DNA of 64,000 nt, taken from an uncultured Bacilli bacterium (GTDB taxonomy: Bacteria; Bacillota_I; Bacilli_A; RFN20; CAG-449). Positions 45,860 through 56,998 of this stretch are shown here, one piece after another. Position numbers and translations under genes: made by a program. Location: assembly GCA_944332075.1 (NCBI GenBank), contig CALVJL010000007.1, forward strand, positions 318-64,317. Reading direction: 5' to 3'. Positions within the stretch are counted from its first letter, which is position 1. Each line of letters opens with the position of its first letter. The notes below the pieces were generated by a model. It saw nothing but the letters and a program-made list of their open reading frames with translations. It ran no database searches and was not told the origin of the DNA.

Positions 45860-46690
45860 ATGGAAGAAGAATTAACAACCAAAAAGCCAAGAATTTGGGA
45901 AATTGACTTTTTAAGAGGCTTAGCTATTATCATGATGATTCTCGATCACTTTTGCTATGACTGCTTATTCTTACCAAGGCTCTTTTCCAATTTTTATCAA
46001 ATAAACAACCCTTTTGTTAATTTTCTTTATAATGATATTGGTCCAATTTATTCTAGCGGTGTTAGAAACGTCTTCCACGTTATCTTTGTCGGTATCTTTT
46101 TAATGTTAGTCGGTATCTCTTGTCACTTTTCCAAGAATAATCTAAAAAGAGGTTTACTCTTATTATTAGTCCAAGTTATCTTCGGTACCATTATGGAAGT
46201 CGTTTCCTTCTTATTAAAAGAAGACTTCAGCGTCTGGTTCGGTATTTTATACGCGATTTCCTTTTCTATCTTAGCGACTGTCTTATTTGATTTCTTATTA
46301 AAGAAAGTCAAATACAAACAGTTTATCTATCTCGGAATGGGAGTTATCTTAGTTGCTATCGGCTTAATCTTCCATCAATTCACCCAATATCATTACGTTA
46401 GTGAAATAACCGTTTCTAATTTTTTTAAAGTCATTCTCGGCATTAATGCCTATGGCGCGGATTATTTTCCTCTCTTCCCGTTGATGGGCTTTTGCTTTAT
46501 CGGTAAATTCGTCGGAGAATTTTTCTATAATGATAGAAAGTCATTATTACCAAAGCTCGATAAAGCCTACAATAAGCCGTTTTGCTTCGTCGGCAGACAT
46601 TCAATTATCTTTTATTTAGCCCATCAGGTAGTCTTAGTCTTAATTCTCGGCATCATCATGCTCAGCTTAGGTTATAAATTAGCCCTTTAG
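45860..46690 (+). CDS. DUF1624/HGSNAT-like membrane acyltransferase
   Basis: RIWEIDFLRG.AI..MI.DH, DYFPLFP, GRHS..FYL.HQ. Confidence 0.88.
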   Translation: MEEELTTKKPRIWEIDFLRGLAIIMMILDHFCYDCLFLPRLFSNFYQINNPFVNFLYNDIGPIYSSGVRNVFHVIFVGIFLMLVGISCHFSKNNLKRGLLLLLVQVIFGTIMEVVSFLLKEDFSVWFGILYAISFSILATVLFDFLLKKVKYKQFIYLGMGVILVAIGLIFHQFTQYHYVSEITVSNFFKVILGINAYGADYFPLFPLMGFCFIGKFVGEFFYNDRKSLLPKLDKAYNKPFCFVGRHSIIFYLAHQVVLVLILGIIMLSLGYKLAL

Positions 46691-46698
46691 GAGGTCAA

Positions 46699-48288
46699 AT
46701 GGATTTATCTCAAACGCTTTTTGAAAACTTTTATCAGATTAATAAATTACATCCAACATTTAAAGCGATTAATTATTTAGGTAAGAAGATTTCTTATCAA
46801 GAACTCTTTGCTTTTGTTAACAACATCGCACATTTTTTTAAGTCTTTAGATTTAAAAAAAGATGATTTTATCACCTTAGTCGCTCCAAATATTCCGGAGG
46901 CCTTCTACTGCTTTTTAGCCGGAGAGAAACTCGGATTAAAGGTACATCTCCTCCATCCTCTTGCCGGCAAAAATCTCGTTGAGGAAGAAATTAAAGATAA
47001 GCATTCTCGATTATTTATCACCGCGGATATCTTTTCTAAAAAATATGAAGACATTATCAAAGTAACTCCGACTTTACTTTTATCACCGGTTGATTCTTTA
47101 TCATTTATCAAAAAGACTGCTTTTAAATTAGCTAACTTAAAAAACTATACTTCAGAGAAATGCTACCATTATCATAAGATTCCGCATTTTAATAAAGAAA
47201 TTAACACTGAACATTTTAATAATAAAAAAGGCTGCGTTTATCTTTCTTCAGGAGGAACGACAGGTAAGAGCAAAACCATTGAATTATCTGACTATGCAAT
47301 TCTTGCTTTGTTAAGTCAAACCTATCATATTCTTGATAAAAAGATTATCGATAACCATTATATGTTATCAGTTTTGCCAATGTTCCACGGCTTTGGTTTA
47401 GTCATGGGAATTTTAACTCCGTTATTCTTTAATGCAAAAATTACCATGCTTCCAAACTTCCATACTAAGCCGGTAATTAAGTTAATTAAGAAAAACGAAA
47501 TTAATGCAATGATCGGTGTTCCGTTAATTTATGAAGCTTTATTAAGAAATCCGAAATTTAATGGACCTTTATTAAAAAATCTTTATGTTTCCTTTGTCGG
47601 AGGCGATTTTATTTCTCCGTCTTTACTTTCGCGGTTTAACACTCGCATGGCAGAGAATAACTCTTCTTGCTTACTTTTAGAAGGATATGGCTTAACGGAA
47701 ACCGTCACGGTCTGCAACGTTAATACCATTGATGAAAACCGGGAGAAATCAGTTGGTAAACCTTTACCTAACGTTGAAAACTTTATTATTGATGAAGAGA
47801 ATAATATTTTACCTCCAGAAGCTATTGGAGAAATTGTTGTCACCGGAGAAACTTTAATGAATGGCTACTATGAAGGCGATAGCCCATTTATTGAAATTAA
47901 CGATAAAAAAGGTGTGAGAACTGGTGATTTAGGTTATCTAGACAAAGACGGCTATCTCTATTTCGTTTCCCGTAAGAAAAACGTTATTTCTTATAAAGGC
48001 TTTAATATCTATCCATTAGGTATTGAAAAGAAAATATCATTGCTTCCTTATATTAAAGAAGTTTCTTACTTCCAGTTAAATGATAAAATCATCATCTACT
48101 TATCTTTAAAAGAAAATAAAGATCATGAAGAAGTAAAAAAAGAAATAAATAAGCTTATTGAAGATAACTTTGCTTCGTATTGTTTACCAAATGAAATCTG
48201 CTTCTTAGAATCTCTTCCGTACACGAATGTCGGTAAGATTGATGTAAAAGAATTAAAAAGAATTCATGAAGAAAAAGCTGCTAATTAA
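46699..48288 (+). CDS. Class I adenylate-forming enzyme (long-chain acyl-CoA ligase-like)
   Basis: SSGGTTGKSK, LPMFHGFG, EGYGLTE, TGDLG, GKID. Confidence 0.92.
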   Translation: MDLSQTLFENFYQINKLHPTFKAINYLGKKISYQELFAFVNNIAHFFKSLDLKKDDFITLVAPNIPEAFYCFLAGEKLGLKVHLLHPLAGKNLVEEEIKDKHSRLFITADIFSKKYEDIIKVTPTLLLSPVDSLSFIKKTAFKLANLKNYTSEKCYHYHKIPHFNKEINTEHFNNKKGCVYLSSGGTTGKSKTIELSDYAILALLSQTYHILDKKIIDNHYMLSVLPMFHGFGLVMGILTPLFFNAKITMLPNFHTKPVIKLIKKNEINAMIGVPLIYEALLRNPKFNGPLLKNLYVSFVGGDFISPSLLSRFNTRMAENNSSCLLLEGYGLTETVTVCNVNTIDENREKSVGKPLPNVENFIIDEENNILPPEAIGEIVVTGETLMNGYYEGDSPFIEINDKKGVRTGDLGYLDKDGYLYFVSRKKNVISYKGFNIYPLGIEKKISLLPYIKEVSYFQLNDKIIIYLSLKENKDHEEVKKEINKLIEDNFASYCLPNEICFLESLPYTNVGKIDVKELKRIHEEKAAN

Positions 48289-48297
48289 AGCAGCTTT

Positions 48298-49638
48298 TTA
48301 TATTGTAAATAACAAATTAATTCTAAAAATATTATTCTCCGCGTCAATTTCCATTGAGCCATCATACTTCGCGCAGATCATTTTAACTGATTGAAGACCA
48401 AATCCGTGATAAGCTGAATCACCTTTACTAGTTTTTGGTAACCCGTTAACCATCTTTATTTCGCCTGAGAAAGAGTTCTTTGAAGATATTGAAACTAAAT
48501 TACCAATTGCTTTAATCTTTAAAATAATTATTCTCTTATCTTCTTCAAGTTCCTTAACCGCGTCAATTGCATTATCAATGATATTGCCAAATAAAGAATA
48601 GATATCCTCTTCTTCCATGAATGAAATAAGCTGACCATCCGCGACGCAGGAAAACTTAATATTATATTTATTACAAATCAAAGATTTTTCACCGAGAATA
48701 ATATTTAACGTCTTATTGGAAGTCTTAATCGCCGAATCATAAATATCGATATAACTATTAATATTTTTAATAACATTCTCATCGATATGATTGTATCTCC
48801 CCATATCGCGGATTTGATGACGGAAATCATGGCATTTAACGTTAATCATATCAATCGTTTGCTTACTTAACTGATATTGCTCTTTTTCACCTTTTCTAAT
48901 TGCCTGAATAATTTCATATTTTCGGTTAAGGTTATTACGGTAATAAACTTCAAAAATAAACATAATACCGAAGGCGCAGCAGATGAAATTAATCATGGAA
49001 ACTAAGCCGATATAAATTCTTTCAAAGTGAATTGATGAATAATAGCTGACCACGGAATTAATTACGACATTAATTAAAATATAGAAAATACCGATAATAA
49101 CTAAACTATAACGCGTCTCTTCATGGAAACTTTCACCTTTAACAATTCTCCGAGCAAACAATAAAAAGATAATCCAGTAGACATTAATAAATGAAGCTAT
49201 CCAAAGTGTTAAATCGACAGAGTTAGCAAAAAGTTTCAGCTTATCATAATCATAAAGTCCACCTAAAGCTGAATCGTTAGCCACGATAAAGCAATGAAGC
49301 ATCATATAAAGTTCATACGCGGCATGTTCAGCGGTATACGCGCAGATAAGCGAAAAAAGGATCATTCTCCAATTTTCTTTAAAAAGCCATAACGCCATCA
49401 CAAAAGTAAAGGCGAACATAATTAAAAACATCGCCATTGAATAAAAGGCATTGCCGGTTGGAATAGGAAAAGCTAATGCAAAAAGAAAACAAGCTAAAAT
49501 AGCAATGATAAGTTTAATAACAAATTTATCTTTTCTTTTAAACTTATAGCAAAACATGCCTTCGGCAACGAGTAATGTCGCCATAAAAATTAAGCGATAA
49601 AAGAATAAACTATTAATCGGATACAATAATTTTAACAT
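48298..49638 (-). CDS. AgrC-like GHKL sensor histidine kinase
   Basis: Multi-TM N-terminus, HDFRHQ, GNIIDNAIDA, HGFGL. Confidence 0.92.
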   Translation of the reverse strand: MLKLLYPINSLFFYRLIFMATLLVAEGMFCYKFKRKDKFVIKLIIAILACFLFALAFPIPTGNAFYSMAMFLIMFAFTFVMALWLFKENWRMILFSLICAYTAEHAAYELYMMLHCFIVANDSALGGLYDYDKLKLFANSVDLTLWIASFINVYWIIFLLFARRIVKGESFHEETRYSLVIIGIFYILINVVINSVVSYYSSIHFERIYIGLVSMINFICCAFGIMFIFEVYYRNNLNRKYEIIQAIRKGEKEQYQLSKQTIDMINVKCHDFRHQIRDMGRYNHIDENVIKNINSYIDIYDSAIKTSNKTLNIILGEKSLICNKYNIKFSCVADGQLISFMEEEDIYSLFGNIIDNAIDAVKELEEDKRIIILKIKAIGNLVSISSKNSFSGEIKMVNGLPKTSKGDSAYHGFGLQSVKMICAKYDGSMEIDAENNIFRINLLFTI

Positions 49639-50342
49639 TTTCCTAAATATGCGCTGAGCTCCTTCATAAATTCTTTTTTACGCGGATGAGAAATTAATAA
49701 CTTATGTCCCTTGACCGTGACATCATAGCCATCTACTCTCTCAACATAATCGAGATTAACTAAAAAGCAAGAATTGCATAAAGCAAAATTAAAGCTTTTT
49801 AATTCTTTTTCAACAGCTTTTAACGAACCATATGTCTTAAAATCACCAACCGATGTATGATAAATCATCTGATGACCAGAGATTTCTACATAATAGATAT
49901 CTTTAATCTTGACCACTGCCTTCATCCCATCATTTTGAAGGAGAATTCTCTCCGATTTTTGGGAATTAATTTTTGAAACAATCGCCATAATCTGCGATGA
50001 AAAATCAAAATAGGAATAAGGCTTAACGATATAATTAAAAGCATTAACCTTATATCCTTCAATAGCATACTGAGCTAAATTGGTTGTAAAAACCAAAACG
50101 ACATCTTCATCAATTTTTCGAAGCTTTTTTGACACCTCAATTCCGTTATCTTTACTGCTTAAATCAATATCCATTAAGACTAAATCAAACACTCCGTATT
50201 GAAAAGAAAAAAGAAATTGATCACCGTTTAAAAAGAATGACAAAGCAAACTTTTCTCCGCTTTCTTCACTGAGCCTTTCAAAAAAAGTTTTCGCCTTTTC
50301 TTGATCTTGAATATCATCTTCTACAATTGCAATTTTAATCAT
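49632..50342 (-). CDS. LytTR-family response regulator
   Basis: IAIVEDD, LMDID, YIVKP; LytTR IYYVE...FLVNL. Confidence 0.95.
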   Translation of the reverse strand: MIKIAIVEDDIQDQEKAKTFFERLSEESGEKFALSFFLNGDQFLFSFQYGVFDLVLMDIDLSSKDNGIEVSKKLRKIDEDVVLVFTTNLAQYAIEGYKVNAFNYIVKPYSYFDFSSQIMAIVSKINSQKSERILLQNDGMKAVVKIKDIYYVEISGHQMIYHTSVGDFKTYGSLKAVEKELKSFNFALCNSCFLVNLDYVERVDGYDVTVKGHKLLISHPRKKEFMKELSAYLGKC

Positions 50343-50480
50343 ATATAAAAACCTATAATAAGCATTAAATATATCATATATTATAATATCAATTTATCTT
50401 TCTCCTGTCAAAAGCAGGCCTCACGCTAAAGTGAAGCCTGCAAGGAGAAATATAATTTATTTAGAGGATGTAACCTTTCC

Positions 50481-51002
50481 CTAACGCTTTTGCTGATCAA
50501 TCAGATCTTTGTGATGGAGGATAATCATCGCTGAAGGGTAGGAGGCGATGACTGAGAGTAAAGCTGCGACAGGGACAAGTATATTTCCTATCTTGAATCC
50601 CCAATAGCCTTGGGTGAAACCGAGTTCACTATTTAATTTATCAAGGCCGGAAATAAAGATTCCGCATGAGAGGATAATTGCTCCTCCAAGCGTGCAAACG
50701 ATGCTTAACACCGACATAACTGTGGTGATAATATCATTGCTTTTCTTTAAAACTAATAAGGCTAATAAAATTAGAGTAGTAATAATTCCCACAATTAATA
50801 AGACAAATCCGAAGATTAATAATGGTGATGCTCCAACACGTCCATCACCGAGCATTATCTGGAACAAGGATAAGTCAGGGCGATTTTGTTCAAAATATGC
50901 GGGAAGGAAGGTAAAGGCTAAAGCCAAAATTCCAAATAGTAACGCGATACCTTCAGATATGGTATACTTTAAATTTTCGTTAGGCGTTTTCATGATCTTC
51001 AA
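50481..51002 (-). CDS. Four-TM membrane protein
   Basis: Hydrophobic helices; overlaps the end of the GH3 gene. Confidence 0.7.
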   Translation of the reverse strand: MKIMKTPNENLKYTISEGIALLFGILALAFTFLPAYFEQNRPDLSLFQIMLGDGRVGASPLLIFGFVLLIVGIITTLILLALLVLKKSNDIITTVMSVLSIVCTLGGAIILSCGIFISGLDKLNSELGFTQGYWGFKIGNILVPVAALLSVIASYPSAMIILHHKDLIDQQKR

Positions 51003-53967
51003 TCTCTCTTTCTTTACGAGGTTTTAACCAAGTGAGGTAGATACATAAGGCTCCCCAAGTTAAGAAACCAACACCGACAACACCGTCAACAGAATAGAGA
51101 ACATATCTCCACCATCTGCCACTAGTATCTTCTCTTCTTTGACCAATTTCTTCACTCATATCGACACCAGTAAACTTTTCTGTTCTATCAATTGTATCAA
51201 TATATGTATAAAGAATATTATGAGCAGCATTTTGCAAAGCAATTAAAGTAGTATTACTTGGGTTAGCGTAATCTTCAAAGTAACTAGGTCCACCAGAAGG
51301 TTGTAAGACCATATCATTACCCGCGCGGATACCTTCATCGATATCGTTAACGTTACCGGCTTGATAATAGTCGGTAATAACCGATCCTCTAAATCCCCAT
51401 TCATCTCTTAATAAAGATGTTAATAAGGCATAAGAACCAGTTGCTCTAGTCGCACCGATACGGTCAACTGAAGCCATCATGGCATTAGCTTTTCCTTCTT
51501 TAGTAGCTAATTCACCAGGTTTTGCCCAAATTTCTCTTAATGACTGTTCGGTCATCCAGATAAATTGACCATTTCTGCCTTCATCAGTATCATTAGCCGC
51601 AAAGTGTTTCATATAAGCATAGACGCCATTTTCTGTACAAGCTTTAACAGTTTGAGCGACAAACTTACCGCACATAAAGCCGTCTTCTGAGAAGTATTCA
51701 AAGTTTCTGCCGCCTAATGGGCTTCTATGGACGTTACATCCAGGGGCATACCAACCATTAATCTTTAAAGCCTTGCCTTCTTCACCGATTGAATGGCCCC
51801 ATTTATAAGCTAAATCAATATCAAAGGTGGAAGCTAAGACGTTTGCTGCCGGATATTTAATCGCATGTCCGCCATCACCGCTAACAATGCCGCTTGTAAA
51901 TCCAGTTCCGCCATCAGAATCGACGCAGGCACCTTTATTAATGTCTGGAATAGCAATTGTACCAAATCCAGCTTTCGCGCTTAATGTTTGCAATTCATTA
52001 ACTGATAATTGAGAAATTAATTCATCCCATTTTGGATCTTCATAAGGTAAGCCTTTAACATCATCAAGAGTCCAACTTGTTTCAGTTGAATCAGTTAATG
52101 GTCTTTCATCATCTTCGTTATTAAACGGAGAATGGACGACGAAGACATTATTAAACATCGCGTCGGACATACTTCTTTGAGCAGTAGCTTTTGGGAATGT
52201 TCCCGCAAAATCTGCTCTAGTGAGATAGGTAACATTTTGATTATAGTCTGCTGATTTATCATTTCCGTCTATTGATAAAGGATAGATTGTTTGAGGTTCA
52301 TCGCAGACAGAAGAAGCTCCGCTCTTTTCATTAGTATAAGTAGTAAATCTATTTTTGACTTCATTGCCGGTAGTTGAATCATTTCTTATTTGATATCCAC
52401 CATCTTTTACGCGGAAAGAATAAGACATCGGTTTACCATTTTTATCAATTTTAACATCATGAGAATTTACTCTAAGTGAGAAAGTAACTTTTCCGCCTTC
52501 AAGTTCATAACCCATGAAACCATTGTTGTTACTATCATATGTATCATATGAAGCTAAATCACTAACCTTAACCGAAATTTCAAGAGCTTGGGAATCACCT
52601 GGTTCATCACCGAAACGCGGTTTTAATTCGGTTGTCTTTTCAAAGCCGACTAAATTTTGAGATGCTTTTTCAATTCCGCCTTCAGTATATTCAGGACTAA
52701 AGTAGAGTTGAACTGTATCTTTACCATTAAATGTATTACCGATATTTTCAACCCAAACCTTGAAAGTTAAAGTATCATTGATATCTAACTCAGAATTTTC
52801 TGTAATTGTCTTTCCGTCTTGGTTAGTAATTGACTCTAAATCCCAATCAAAATCAGTATAGCTTAAGCCGTGACCAAACGGATATTGAACAACGGCAGAA
52901 TATCCTTTTTTAGTTTCTCCGTTTTCGGTAACTCTAGTTTCGTTATCAAAATAACCTTCTTCATCCGCGGTTTCATACCATTTATAACCGACATAAATAT
53001 TTTCAGCATAATCTTTATAGTTGCCGCCTTTGCCAGCATAAGTATGAGTTGCATCTGGGCCGGCATTAACATAGCTAGGTGCACTAGATAATTCATAAGC
53101 GCAGGTATCGCTCATATGTCCGCTTGGAGTAACCACGCCGCTTAAAATATTTGGAATAGCCATCGCGCCATAATATCCTGGATATCCAACCCAGAGGGCA
53201 GCATCGATTTTATCATTATCGAGGAAACCCATCTCCATCGGTGCAGAAGTATTGATTAAGCAGATAACTTTATCAAAGTTTTCCGTAACCTTATCAATCA
53301 TTAACTGCTCTTTATCAGTTAAAGCTAAATAGTTTCTGCTATCATCAGCATTGCCGTTTTCATCATAGCTAACCTTTGGTAAATCATCACCTTCAGTTGC
53401 TCTTCTAGATAAAACAATTACGGCTGTATCTGAGAAACTAACTGCTTCTTCCATTAATTCAGTTGTATAGAAATCTGCACCTGGTTCATAAGTTCTATAA
53501 TAGACAGAGTGCTGGTTACGGTCAGGTGATCCTTCTCGGCGATAAGATAAGCTATTATAAGCATCACATAATGATTCATTAACGCTAAATCCTGCATCGC
53601 GGAAGGCATCATAAAGTGAAATTTTATCCGCGGAATACCCGCCTTCACTAGATCCGCCACCTTGATACATAAAGCCGTTATCACATCCGCCCCAACCAAA
53701 GATATTGATTGAAGTATTGTCGACTTCTAATGGCAAAGTATTGTTTTGATTTTTTAGAAGAACATCGCCGTTTTCACAAATTTCCATTGCGAGTTCTTTG
53801 CCTAATGTTAAGGCTTCTTCAACTTGTTCCCCATCAAAGCTCTGTGACTTTGAGAAATACTTATCGATAACACCTCCATTGGCGAAGGCAATAGAATTGC
53901 CTACCGCCAAAACTGAGGCGAGAAACACAATTGAAGAAAGACAGATGACTGCTGTAGTTCTTTTCAT
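50980..53967 (-). CDS. Membrane-anchored GH3 beta-glucosidase-like enzyme (inverted domain order)
   Basis: VLLKN, YVGYKWYET, YPFGHGLSYT, GRNFEYFSED, KHF, LRDEWGFRG.VITD; N- and C-terminal TM segments. Confidence 0.95.
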   Translation of the reverse strand: MKRTTAVICLSSIVFLASVLAVGNSIAFANGGVIDKYFSKSQSFDGEQVEEALTLGKELAMEICENGDVLLKNQNNTLPLEVDNTSINIFGWGGCDNGFMYQGGGSSEGGYSADKISLYDAFRDAGFSVNESLCDAYNSLSYRREGSPDRNQHSVYYRTYEPGADFYTTELMEEAVSFSDTAVIVLSRRATEGDDLPKVSYDENGNADDSRNYLALTDKEQLMIDKVTENFDKVICLINTSAPMEMGFLDNDKIDAALWVGYPGYYGAMAIPNILSGVVTPSGHMSDTCAYELSSAPSYVNAGPDATHTYAGKGGNYKDYAENIYVGYKWYETADEEGYFDNETRVTENGETKKGYSAVVQYPFGHGLSYTDFDWDLESITNQDGKTITENSELDINDTLTFKVWVENIGNTFNGKDTVQLYFSPEYTEGGIEKASQNLVGFEKTTELKPRFGDEPGDSQALEISVKVSDLASYDTYDSNNNGFMGYELEGGKVTFSLRVNSHDVKIDKNGKPMSYSFRVKDGGYQIRNDSTTGNEVKNRFTTYTNEKSGASSVCDEPQTIYPLSIDGNDKSADYNQNVTYLTRADFAGTFPKATAQRSMSDAMFNNVFVVHSPFNNEDDERPLTDSTETSWTLDDVKGLPYEDPKWDELISQLSVNELQTLSAKAGFGTIAIPDINKGACVDSDGGTGFTSGIVSGDGGHAIKYPAANVLASTFDIDLAYKWGHSIGEEGKALKINGWYAPGCNVHRSPLGGRNFEYFSEDGFMCGKFVAQTVKACTENGVYAYMKHFAANDTDEGRNGQFIWMTEQSLREIWAKPGELATKEGKANAMMASVDRIGATRATGSYALLTSLLRDEWGFRGSVITDYYQAGNVNDIDEGIRAGNDMVLQPSGGPSYFEDYANPSNTTLIALQNAAHNILYTYIDTIDRTEKFTGVDMSEEIGQRREDTSGRWWRYVLYSVDGVVGVGFLTWGALCIYLTWLKPRKEREIEDHENA

Positions 53968-53992
53968 TGCATTATACCCTTTCTTTTTTTAA

Positions 53993-56914
53993 TTATGCAG
54001 AAAATTTAAAATTGAAATAATCAACATTAGCACCGCTTTGGAAAGTGATTCTAAATGTATGTGTACCTTTAGCGACTGCTACAGATTCAGTAGTAACCGT
54101 TTTGTAATTATAATAATATAGATTATCGACACCAGGTCCTAATGCTACTTCATCAAATTCTAAGATAGTATCATCAATTTGAATCGAAGAAATTTTTGTT
54201 TTGGAGGTTGATCCAACATCAGCATTTGAAATTATCGACTCTATGATAAGATTTAAATCGGTTTCAGTAACAAAGTAACCTTCAATATATCCTTTGCTGA
54301 AATGTCCAACATTTTGTCCGTTGCTTGATGCTGCACCGCTATTTTCAACTTGAGAGAACGCTGGAGAATCTGGAACGAGATTGCTTAAATCAAGGGTTTC
54401 AGCTTCAACTTTGAAGTCACTAGCTTCAGTAACAGTAAACATCGGTGAAATAATATTAATATTTAAAGTTGTTGTCAATTCACCAGCTGTAATAGTAATG
54501 ACTGAATCATCAACTGTTAATGGTGATGTCTTATCAACTGTATACTCGGTAACCACTTCATCAAAAGAATCAGAATATTTTCCCATGATAACCATGCCAG
54601 TTGGATCAAAGGTCTCACCAACTTTATAATCCATCTTATTTGGATTTTGTGAAACATAAATTGATTCTAAAGTATGTTCTTCTTTTGCTTCACCGTATTC
54701 ATAAGCATGGAAATTGATGCAGTCAAGATTTGGTTTGGCATTGGTAAATGTAATAGTAATTGTATGTTCACCCATGGTTAATTCTTGTGTTCCATAATCA
54801 ACATTAACCCAGTTATAGAAATCATTATCATATCTATGGCCAAGTTTTGGATTATTTGAAGTAATAACTTCACCATCAATCTTCACTTCAACGCCTTCAT
54901 CAAAGACGATTTCTTCATAGTTCGCGGCTCTGAGAGTTAAGTGTGTTTTGCTATCGGCTCCAACATAGAATGGGAATTCAATAACCGAACCGACATCATA
55001 ACGTTCAATAGATTTTCCATTACTTGCACCTGGAGCATCGACAACATACGGTGTTCCTGCTGGAACATCTGCACGAATTTTTAATCCGTCTTGAGGCATG
55101 TTTTCAGCTTCAATAATATTATCGCCGAGAGCATTAATTTTTCCAACATATGCTTTACCGACAATAATAGGTACTTCAACAGAGAATCCGCCATAATAAA
55201 TTGTAACTTTATCATCTGATAATTCTAATGGACGATTTGGTTCGACTGTATAATCAGTGACTACTTCGGTTTCAAAGGTGCTGAATGTTGCTTCAACAAC
55301 CATTCCAGTTGGATCAAAAGTTTCACCAACCTCATATTGAGTTTTTGATGGAGAAGCAGTTAATTTTAAGCCTGTGACTTCTTTTTCTGCTACTTCATCG
55401 CCATATTCGATTACGACAAAGTCAAAGCAGTCGAGATTAGGTCTTCTATTAATTGACTCGAGCATGAAGGTATGTTCTCCAGGTGTTACTTCAACTAAGC
55501 CGATATTAAATTCCACCCAGTTCCAAAAATCGCCGGTTCCAGCATAGTAGAATCCTGGTTCATCAGCAGTGAGAACTTCTTCATCGAAGGTAAATTTTAA
55601 TCCTTCATTGATTGGATATCCTAAATCAGTATCGGACATTCTCGCTCTAATCATGATTTTGGCATCTTTATCAGTTTCAACAGAAATCTTGAATTTACTT
55701 CCTGGATTATATCCGCAGATATTATAGCCATTACTTGCACCTTGTCCTGATTCTAAGAAGGTTCTGCCCGCTGCGATAAAGTCTTCTCTTAAGGTCGCTT
55801 CACTAGTATCAAGATATTCTGCTTCAATTCTTGTCGTGCCAAGGGAATCAACTTTGACTTTATTTGGGATTGCATTAACAACGATAGTGACCTTAGCAGT
55901 AAATCCGCCGTAAGAAATGGTTATTTCGGTATCACTTGTTGCAAGAGGTCCGGTCTTATCAATTTCATAATCAGTAATTGTTTCTGTTTTGCCGCCTTCA
56001 TAATTTGCTGTAACAACCATTCCGGCTGGATCAAAAGTTTCGCCTTCGAGGTATTCTGTCTTAGTTGGCTGAGAAGTGATGCTGATTCCAGTTAAAGCAG
56101 CTTCGCTAACAGCAATCTTTAAAGTTGTAGTCATATCATTATAAGAGATGGTTACAACAGTATCAGCTAATGTCAATGGAGATGTCTTATCATATGTATA
56201 GTCACTTGCTGATAAAGCTGTCTTCTTGCCGGCATTAGTGACTGTAGAAACTTCCATTCCTGTCGGATCAAAAGTTTCTCCGACTAAATATGACATCTTA
56301 GTAGGATTTTTAGTAACAGCAATTCCAGTCACTACTTCTTCAGTAACGGTAATTGCAACTTTACATGTTAAGTTTTCATAAGAAATAGTGACATATTTAT
56401 CATCGAGAGTTAAAGGTCCTGTCTTATCATAAGTATAATCACTAATATTTGTTTTCTTATTAGTATTCCAGTATCCAACGACTTTCATTCCAGTTGGATC
56501 AAAGGTCTCACCGACAACATAGTTAGTTTTATTTGGTTGAACCTCAACTTTAATTTCAGTAATCTTTTCAACAAAATTAACTTTGATAGGGACATAAGCA
56601 CGTCTACCTTGATAAGTAATAGTTACTTGAGTAGTGCTCGTATCTAAAGGTGAAGTTGGATAAGTGTAGTCTTCAACAACACGAGAAGTTCCGTCATTAA
56701 ACTTCGCGGTAACTTCCATTCCAGTTGGATCAAATAAATCCCCAACTTCATATACGGTCTTAGTCGGCATTTTAGTAATTTCAATGCTTTGGACTCTTAT
56801 TTGCTGCGAAGTTTGGGAAGTAGCACTGCTTGTTTTACCTCCGCAGGCAGTCAATGGCACGCTAATACATGTGAATGTAAGTAAGGCTACCATTAATTTT
56901 TTGGCACGTTTCAT
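53993..56914 (-). CDS. Surface lipoprotein with six bacterial Ig-like (Big_3) repeats and three CBM6/35-like modules
   Basis: LTAC lipobox; six P.K..Y..GE/D.FDP.GM.V repeats; three EAE...N.D modules. Confidence 0.88.
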   Translation of the reverse strand: MKRAKKLMVALLTFTCISVPLTACGGKTSSATSQTSQQIRVQSIEITKMPTKTVYEVGDLFDPTGMEVTAKFNDGTSRVVEDYTYPTSPLDTSTTQVTITYQGRRAYVPIKVNFVEKITEIKVEVQPNKTNYVVGETFDPTGMKVVGYWNTNKKTNISDYTYDKTGPLTLDDKYVTISYENLTCKVAITVTEEVVTGIAVTKNPTKMSYLVGETFDPTGMEVSTVTNAGKKTALSASDYTYDKTSPLTLADTVVTISYNDMTTTLKIAVSEAALTGISITSQPTKTEYLEGETFDPAGMVVTANYEGGKTETITDYEIDKTGPLATSDTEITISYGGFTAKVTIVVNAIPNKVKVDSLGTTRIEAEYLDTSEATLREDFIAAGRTFLESGQGASNGYNICGYNPGSKFKISVETDKDAKIMIRARMSDTDLGYPINEGLKFTFDEEVLTADEPGFYYAGTGDFWNWVEFNIGLVEVTPGEHTFMLESINRRPNLDCFDFVVIEYGDEVAEKEVTGLKLTASPSKTQYEVGETFDPTGMVVEATFSTFETEVVTDYTVEPNRPLELSDDKVTIYYGGFSVEVPIIVGKAYVGKINALGDNIIEAENMPQDGLKIRADVPAGTPYVVDAPGASNGKSIERYDVGSVIEFPFYVGADSKTHLTLRAANYEEIVFDEGVEVKIDGEVITSNNPKLGHRYDNDFYNWVNVDYGTQELTMGEHTITITFTNAKPNLDCINFHAYEYGEAKEEHTLESIYVSQNPNKMDYKVGETFDPTGMVIMGKYSDSFDEVVTEYTVDKTSPLTVDDSVITITAGELTTTLNINIISPMFTVTEASDFKVEAETLDLSNLVPDSPAFSQVENSGAASSNGQNVGHFSKGYIEGYFVTETDLNLIIESIISNADVGSTSKTKISSIQIDDTILEFDEVALGPGVDNLYYYNYKTVTTESVAVAKGTHTFRITFQSGANVDYFNFKFSA

Positions 56915-56984
56915 TTATTATTCCTCCTAACAAAACGCTAGAAAACAATTTACACTAAGTATAATCGTTTTCCTTTTGCTAACG

Positions 56985-56998
56985 TGAAAGCGCTAACA
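56985..56998. promoter_or_regulatory. cre/LacI-family operator
   Basis: TGAAAGCGCTAACA fits the TGWAARCGYTWWCA consensus, about 70 bp upstream of the lipoprotein-GH3 operon. Confidence 0.75.

Noticed and set aside
54380-56780. Recurring ccattccagttggatcaaa-like DNA repeats that might suggest a CRISPR array
   Set aside because: They are the FDPTGM codons of in-frame Big_3 protein repeats, spaced 240 bp or more apart; no cas genes are present.
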